From a bacterium (lineage in GTDB: Bacteria; Patescibacteriota; Patescibacteriia; Veblenbacterales; UBA10138): a stretch of 64,000 nt of DNA. Shown here piece by piece: positions 59,085 through 64,000 of this stretch. The DNA lies in NCBI GenBank assembly GCA_020057885.1, contig JAGVEX010000015.1, positions 55,862 to 119,861 of the forward strand, in the 5' to 3' direction. Position numbers and translations under genes: made by a program. Below the pieces are notes generated by a model that ran no database searches, was not told the origin of the DNA, and saw only the letters and a list, made by a program, of their open reading frames with translations. Numbering within the stretch: position 1 is the stretch's first letter; each line of letters opens with the position of its first letter.

Positions 59085-60494
59085 TTAATCAACAAAGGGC
59101 AAATTAGATGGCGGCCCGCCTTTGCCACCAGTTTCCGAAACAGCTTGCGCGCCAGACATGGGTTTTAAATAGCCTCCCAAAGTAGGTAAAAGAGTTGGTG
59201 GTTCAGATTTTTTGGTTTCCGTTTTTTTAACCAATGGCGCCTTCACTGTTACAACTGGGAAATGGTAAAGGGAGGCCAACTCTTCGGTATTTAAAATAAA
59301 GCCATGCCCTAATCCCCTATGAGCGCTGCGTATTTTATATGATTTAAGAATACTTTTTTGTTTGCGGTTAATACGAGATTGCTTAAGAAAATATTCAGCT
59401 TTGGTTGTTACTCGTTTACCAGGCAAAAAACCGTTCATATTTAAAGCGGTAAATTGCTGAATAGCTCCCACTACGGCCGATACTCCTCTGCCCTTTAAAA
59501 AAGTTTCACGTTTACCCCAATAAACCAATCTGAGTTTTGAGTGAAAACCAATTTTAGAAGCTTTGTGTTCAATTCCTTCTACTACAGCTTTCTCGCCAGG
59601 AGTGAGTTTGGTAATATCACGGACTATCTCTACCTCTTTACCACCACTGTATTCGTTGCCGCACCAATTTGGCTCAAAAATACCGGCAAAAGCTATTTCC
59701 ACAATTACACAAACAGTATTCAATGGTAATTCTACAAACAACCAATATATCATACCATGCCCGGAGTGTTTTTTATGTTCAACTATTTTTTTAACCTCAG
59801 CGGCGGATTCAGCTTTCCAGTGATCACTGCAAGGTGTTACTAATAATTGTAGCCAAACATCTTCGTCTGTATTAACGCGGCTTAAAATTTCCAATAAGGC
59901 CGCCATGGGATCTTTAAAATCGCCGGAAAGCGTATGCTCAAAATCGGGATAAGTGCGTAGGGGATAAGCGCTTTTTTTAGTAAGCGCAAACTCTGTGCCC
60001 CATAAATCATAAGCATCTGTATCAAAATCAAGTGGCACGCGATCTACATAATCTTCCACTTCGGTAATTTCAGCATCGGGATATTGTGCGTAAATTGAAG
60101 ATTCTATTAAATCGCGATAGTCAGCTGGTGTGCGAATTAAAAATTGTATGTAACCACCCAAGCTAACAATTTCAAAACTAAAAGATTCTTGGTGCTTGCC
60201 CTGCCACAAACGCTGGTAAATAGTACCCTTGCTATAAGTAGCGGCTAAACTAGAAAAAATTTGTTCCACCGCACGCGGACTTTGCTCGGTTTCTTTGGGT
60301 ACATCTATCGCAAGTAATACATAACGAATATTATGCTCATACTGATGCTTGCGTGAAGTAAGCCACGAAGTCCACGCTGCCCACAAGGCTGGCAAAACAG
60401 CAAAGATCCAGCCGCCATTAATGAAAATCCACCAAGCAACCGTAATCGGATCGCTGGTAGGCAAACCGCTAAGATACGTATTCAAATTTATCAT
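59085..60494 (-). CDS. Conserved membrane-anchored partner of the VirD4-like ATPase
   Basis: IYAQYPDAEI, YPLRTY, FILNTEELASLYHFP. Confidence 0.7.
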   Translation of the reverse strand: MINLNTYLSGLPTSDPITVAWWIFINGGWIFAVLPALWAAWTSWLTSRKHQYEHNIRYVLLAIDVPKETEQSPRAVEQIFSSLAATYSKGTIYQRLWQGKHQESFSFEIVSLGGYIQFLIRTPADYRDLIESSIYAQYPDAEITEVEDYVDRVPLDFDTDAYDLWGTEFALTKKSAYPLRTYPDFEHTLSGDFKDPMAALLEILSRVNTDEDVWLQLLVTPCSDHWKAESAAEVKKIVEHKKHSGHGMIYWLFVELPLNTVCVIVEIAFAGIFEPNWCGNEYSGGKEVEIVRDITKLTPGEKAVVEGIEHKASKIGFHSKLRLVYWGKRETFLKGRGVSAVVGAIQQFTALNMNGFLPGKRVTTKAEYFLKQSRINRKQKSILKSYKIRSAHRGLGHGFILNTEELASLYHFPVVTVKAPLVKKTETKKSEPPTLLPTLGGYLKPMSGAQAVSETGGKGGPPSNLPFVD

Positions 60495-60496
60495 AT

Positions 60497-61633
60497 TTAT
60501 GTTTGATTGTTTGGTGTTGCCAAAGTATACCGACCATCGGGCAATCTTTGGAATTTTTGTTTATTAGTAAGTGCTAAATGAATAGTCCCCTTTTTAACTA
60601 AACGTTGTTTAAGAATATCTTCTACAATTTGGGAACGATCAAGCGGTCCTTTGGTTTTTAAAATTTCCACTAAAATATCCGCCACCACTCCAGGATTAAA
60701 ACCCCACTCTTTAAGCGCATAAATTCCGCGACCAACCAGCACATATTTTTTATCCATAATAAGTTCATTGTGCACCGTGGGCGGATAAGCCATTTTATGA
60801 TCAAATTTCTGCTCATTAACAAGTTTAGTAATTTCTCTAAAATGCAAAGGCTTACCGTGTTTTTTTAGGACCAGATAAATTTTATCATTCATGCGCTTAG
60901 GGCTAACTGTTTGCCAATGTGTTAAACCCCACTCACCAAAAGTATTGCTGCGCACGTTAACACTTAATTCTAATAGCCCCACAGCCAAACGACCGTCATT
61001 TAAACTACCGCCCAAAGGACTAGGCAAATTAGCTCGCGCTAGCTCACGCACTAATTCATCCTCTGAAATAGGGTGGCCCTTAGTGCTAATAAAATCTTGC
61101 GCGTGATTGATGATATTAGTTATAGCTTCAAGCGAAGCATTTCTTAATCGCCAACCCAAAATAAATTCTGTTTCCTCGCCGCCTAAACTTGCTACCACAT
61201 CAGTTAAAATTTCGCTTAAATAAAAATTAATAACATTCAAGCTGGCGCCATCGCCTGATTCTTGCAGTAAGTGACCAAGCTTTTCACTGGTAGCGGCACC
61301 ACTCTCGCCTTCTAAAACTTCTACCACGACTTGGCGAATCGGCCGCAACAATTCTTGGGCGCGCTTGCCTTGAACTATTTTTTGTACTGCTAATCGCTGA
61401 ATTTGGCGAATACGCTCGCGTGTTACCTGAAAAGAATTACCAATGCTTTCCAAAGTCTCCGACTCACTGCCAGAAAAACCAAAACGGCGCGCCAATACTT
61501 GCCGCTCACGCTCTCCCAACCCTTGCAAAAGTTCCGTTAATACTGCCTGCGGCCTAAAATGCTCGCGATGCGAAACCTGCTGGGTGGAGATTATTTTATC
61601 TAAAATTGATTCTTGGTCTTGATTCATAGACAC
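60497..61633 (-). CDS. Sigma70 region-4 HTH plus winged-HTH protein
   Basis: RRFG..ETLESIG..VTRERIRQI; PLHFREI, HNELI, VGRGIYAL. Confidence 0.8.
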   Translation of the reverse strand: MSMNQDQESILDKIISTQQVSHREHFRPQAVLTELLQGLGERERQVLARRFGFSGSESETLESIGNSFQVTRERIRQIQRLAVQKIVQGKRAQELLRPIRQVVVEVLEGESGAATSEKLGHLLQESGDGASLNVINFYLSEILTDVVASLGGEETEFILGWRLRNASLEAITNIINHAQDFISTKGHPISEDELVRELARANLPSPLGGSLNDGRLAVGLLELSVNVRSNTFGEWGLTHWQTVSPKRMNDKIYLVLKKHGKPLHFREITKLVNEQKFDHKMAYPPTVHNELIMDKKYVLVGRGIYALKEWGFNPGVVADILVEILKTKGPLDRSQIVEDILKQRLVKKGTIHLALTNKQKFQRLPDGRYTLATPNNQT

Positions 61634-61663
61634 AAAGATAATAGTATGGGATACTATATATTT

Positions 61664-61692
61664 AGTATATCATAATTATCCAATCCTGTCAA
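61664..61692 (-). promoter_or_regulatory. Sigma70 promoter
   Basis: TTGACA-17nt-TATACT. Confidence 0.75.
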
Positions 61693-61805
61693 TAGATAAA
61701 ATTTTCAACCAACAGGGGCAATAACTTACTTAATACCTTTTAAATTATTTTAACTTCTTGCATATACTACGACTGCCTTTCTTTATTGGAAGATAATACC
61801 GTAAT

Positions 61806-62845
61806 TCAATTAAAATTATTACGTAGGTTGTTAGATATAGAGAATCCATCACAATGCTTCAAAGCACCCAAATATGATTGCACGGATTGCTTAAAACTAT
61901 CCTCATTTAACTCACCTCGTAAAACTTCATTCTGTTTAAAAAATAACTTTTTAAATATCCTATGCTTTGTACTGGTCCTAAGCACAATATGGTAAGGCAA
62001 AACTACATAGCCTAAAAAATCTATGCCTTGACTTAGCTTACACTGTATAATCTTATTGGGGTGAAGCTCAAGTGACAAATTGTCATTCAAAAAATTCTGT
62101 ACCTTTGGTATTAGTGCATCCAATTTAATTGGATCATCATTAACCATTATAAAATCATCAGCATAGCGAAAGTAGTGTCGTACTTTTAATTCGTGTTTTA
62201 TAAATTGGTCTAATTCGTTTAAATATATGTTGGCAAAAATCTGCGAGGTCAAATTACCAATGGGTAATCCTATATTTTTTGATTGTATACCCATTAACGC
62301 CCCCCCCCCCCGACACTTCCTGGAAAACTACTAATTACCTCATCAAGTAACCAAAGTATCTGGGCATCTTTAACCCTGCTCTTTATTATATTTAATAGTT
62401 TTTGGTGATTGATGCTGTGAAAAAATCTCTTTATATCACATTTCAAAGCATAAACTGGCCGAGTGTAGTTAACACTTAATGCTCTCAAACTGTGATTTAA
62501 GTTCTGAATAGCTAAGTGAGTGCCTTTATTCAGACGAGAAGAGTAGGAATGATAAATAAACGTGGCATTAAAAACATTATCAAGGTAATCAAAAATAACG
62601 TGATGAATCAACCTATCTCTAACGCCTGCCTTGCTTATCAATCTCGGCTTAGGGTCGCAGATACGAAATGTCTGATACGGCCTGTGGCGATAGGCTTGCT
62701 CCAAAAGCTCGTTAGATAAAAAGAAAACATTATCTTCAAGATGACGTTCAAATTGAAGCACATCCATCTTACTGAGCTTGCCCTTCTTAAACTGATCCCA
62801 GGCTCTGAATAAATTTTCAGGGCTTATTAACTCTTCATAAATCAT
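61806..62845 (-). CDS. DGR reverse transcriptase, frameshifted at a G12 tract (62300-62311)
   Basis: N-half ENL..AW, KPRLI, RDR..HH, KCDI..FF.SI; C-half GLPIGNLTSQ, RYADD, DFLGY. Confidence 0.92.
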
Positions 62846-63202
62846 ATGAATAATTATACCAGTACAACTGAAATACCCATCATCAAAAAATTATACGATT
62901 TGTACAAAACGTATTACGACTATCAAACCCTATTTAGCAAACGAGACAAGTACGCTCTGGGCAGTAAATGCGAACAGTATATATTTTCAACCTTTGAGCT
63001 AATACTGGCTGCCAGCAGTGCAGCTAAACAGAATAAAATGACTTTAATACAACAAGCCAATGTAAAGTTTGATACGCTTAAAGTACTATTTAGATTAGCA
63101 AAAGATTTAAAAATGTTAGATATTAAAAAATATACTGTTATTCAAGGATACCTACAGGAGATAGGACGTATGTTGGGTGGCTGGCAACGCTCACTTATAT
63201 AA
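62846..63202 (+). CDS. avd: DGR accessory variability determinant (four-helix bundle)
   Basis: 118 aa, basic, K.DKY.LG, L.RLAKDL, EIGRMLGGW; between RT and TR. Confidence 0.9.
   Translation: MNNYTSTTEIPIIKKLYDLYKTYYDYQTLFSKRDKYALGSKCEQYIFSTFELILAASSAAKQNKMTLIQQANVKFDTLKVLFRLAKDLKMLDIKKYTVIQGYLQEIGRMLGGWQRSLI
62853..62861 (-). promoter_or_regulatory. Extended -10 promoter for a leaderless RT mRNA, inside avd (antisense)
   Basis: TGGTATAAT ending 7 nt before the RT ATG. Confidence 0.55.
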
Positions 63203-63246
63203 GCAAAACTCCCCATAGTGGAGAGCTTTGCTAGTACCTAAAAACA

Positions 63247-63367
63247 ATCGAGAGAAGACAAGACCACCAGAGTAATTGTCATTCGCATTGCCGAGATTGC
63301 TCTTGTTGTCGAACTTGAGCTTGTCGTCATTGGCCTTCAGATAGAGCGACTTCTCAGGCTGCTGCCA
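63247..63367 (-). repeat. DGR template repeat (TR)
   Basis: Ungapped match to 63747-63867; TR has A (minus strand) at every mismatch. Confidence 0.95.
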
Positions 63368-63637
63368 AATTGTGCTTACATCCTCCCTTTTTCACCAGAG
63401 CCCTAAATTTTATTTTAGGTCCCTTGAATTTTATTCGGCCTCGCTAAGCCCTAGAAGTAAGCACGTAGTGTCTAGGTACACCGTATACGCTCTTGTAATC
63501 CCTGCCTGCCGTAGGCAGGCGTAAACTACAGGACTCTGATACGTTTGCGTGTTCTAGGATTTCGGCGACCCCAATCCGTAAATCGGGGTACATTAGCCTA
63601 CTCTCAAGCTTAAGTATATAGTTTTTTGATAAAAAGA

Positions 63638-63673
63638 AAAACAGGGTTTGCGATATTTTGCAAAACCCTGTTT
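63638..63673 (-). terminator. Terminator of the DGR target gene
   Basis: aaacagggttt(t)gc inverted repeat followed by a T-run on the minus strand. Confidence 0.6.
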
Positions 63674-63702
63674 GATATTTCTTTGAAGACCAAAGGTCAA
63701 AA

Positions 63703-63726
63703 GCCATTGTCCAAAGGACAAGTGGC
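63703..63726 (-). promoter_or_regulatory. DGR homing stem-loop downstream of VR
   Basis: gcca-ttgtcc-aaa-ggacaa-g-tggc, 3-nt loop, about 18 nt past the target stop. Confidence 0.6.
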
Positions 63727-63744
63727 CGAAGTCCAAAGCCCTCA

Positions 63745-64000
63745 CTACCGAGAGAAGACAAGACCACCAGAGCAACAGTCATTCGCATCGCCGAGATCGC
63801 CCTCGCCGTCGAACCTGAGCTCGTCGTCATAGGCCCCCAGACAGAGCGACCGCTCAGGCTGCTGCCATTGAAGAGCGGACAAATCATATCCTGGGGTATT
63901 TACATCACGGGCCAGTGTTTCTGTGTACATTATATGGCCGATAACTCTCTCAAAACCAGCTAAACTAATTTGTTCTGGCAGTGTTGCCATCTGCTCACGC
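63745..64000 (-). CDS. DGR target protein, C-terminal part (frame stays open to window edge)
   Basis: VR encodes the last 40 residues, WQQPERSLC...SGGLVFSR*. Confidence 0.88.
   Translation of the reverse strand, partial: REQMATLPEQISLAGFERVIGHIMYTETLARDVNTPGYDLSALQWQQPERSLCLGAYDDELRFDGEGDLGDANDCCSGGLVFSR
63747..63867 (-). repeat. DGR variable repeat (VR)
   Basis: Copy of TR, offset exactly 500 bp, at the 3' end of the target ORF. Confidence 0.95.

Larger units (their letters stand above)
61806..64000 (-). mobile_element. Diversity-generating retroelement cassette (target/VR, TR, avd, RT)
   Basis: All four DGR components present; adenine-specific TR/VR differences. Confidence 0.95.

Noticed and set aside
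57219-60494. Conjugative element
   Set aside because: No relaxase, mating-pair genes or integrase; the pair sits among chromosomal genes.
61806-62845. RT as group II intron, retron or Abi RT
   Set aside because: GLPIGNLTSQ motif, small size, adjacent Avd and an adenine-specific TR/VR pair identify a DGR.
63444-63887. ORFs 63444-63887, 63593-63775 and 63626-63832
   Set aside because: Shadow frames across VR, hairpins and terminator; only the 63745 frame puts TR adenines in codon positions 1-2.
1-64000. tRNA/rRNA genes and the many short antisense ORFs in the track
   Set aside because: No cloverleaf or rRNA signature seen by eye (a covariance scan would be decisive); the short ORFs overlap well-supported genes.

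Overview
AT-rich bacterial chromosomal window whose gene content points to Patescibacteria/CPR (Parcubacteria-like; inference from the short AlaRS, alphaCTD-less RpoA, AMP-phosphorylase/R15P-isomerase pair, CxxC-x17-CxxC proteins and CPR-type surface repeats). Genetic code 11. Left to right it holds cell-wall and housekeeping genes (alr, ddl, ftsQ-like, xer recombinase, gltX, priA, def, fmt), a glycosyltransferase/flippase cluster, the infA-rpmJ-rpsMKD-rpoA-rplQ-rplM-rpsI operon, alaS and mnmA. Next is a 13-kb surface-fibre locus: five SipW-signal TasA/CalY-like proteins, SipW, an LPxTG adhesin and a sortase with Ser at the catalytic Cys. Then come a surface-protein gene split by one in-frame TGA, AMP-pathway genes and a VirD4/DUF87-type ATPase pair. 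The right end carries a diversity-generating retroelement (DGR). Its TR and VR differ only at template adenines, mostly A>G. Its RT is frameshifted at a G12 tract, and avd is on the opposite strand, back-to-back with RT (CATATG). The DGR architecture and the SipW/TasA-sortase locus are the strongest novelty candidates. All calls are from reading the sequence; no database search was run.
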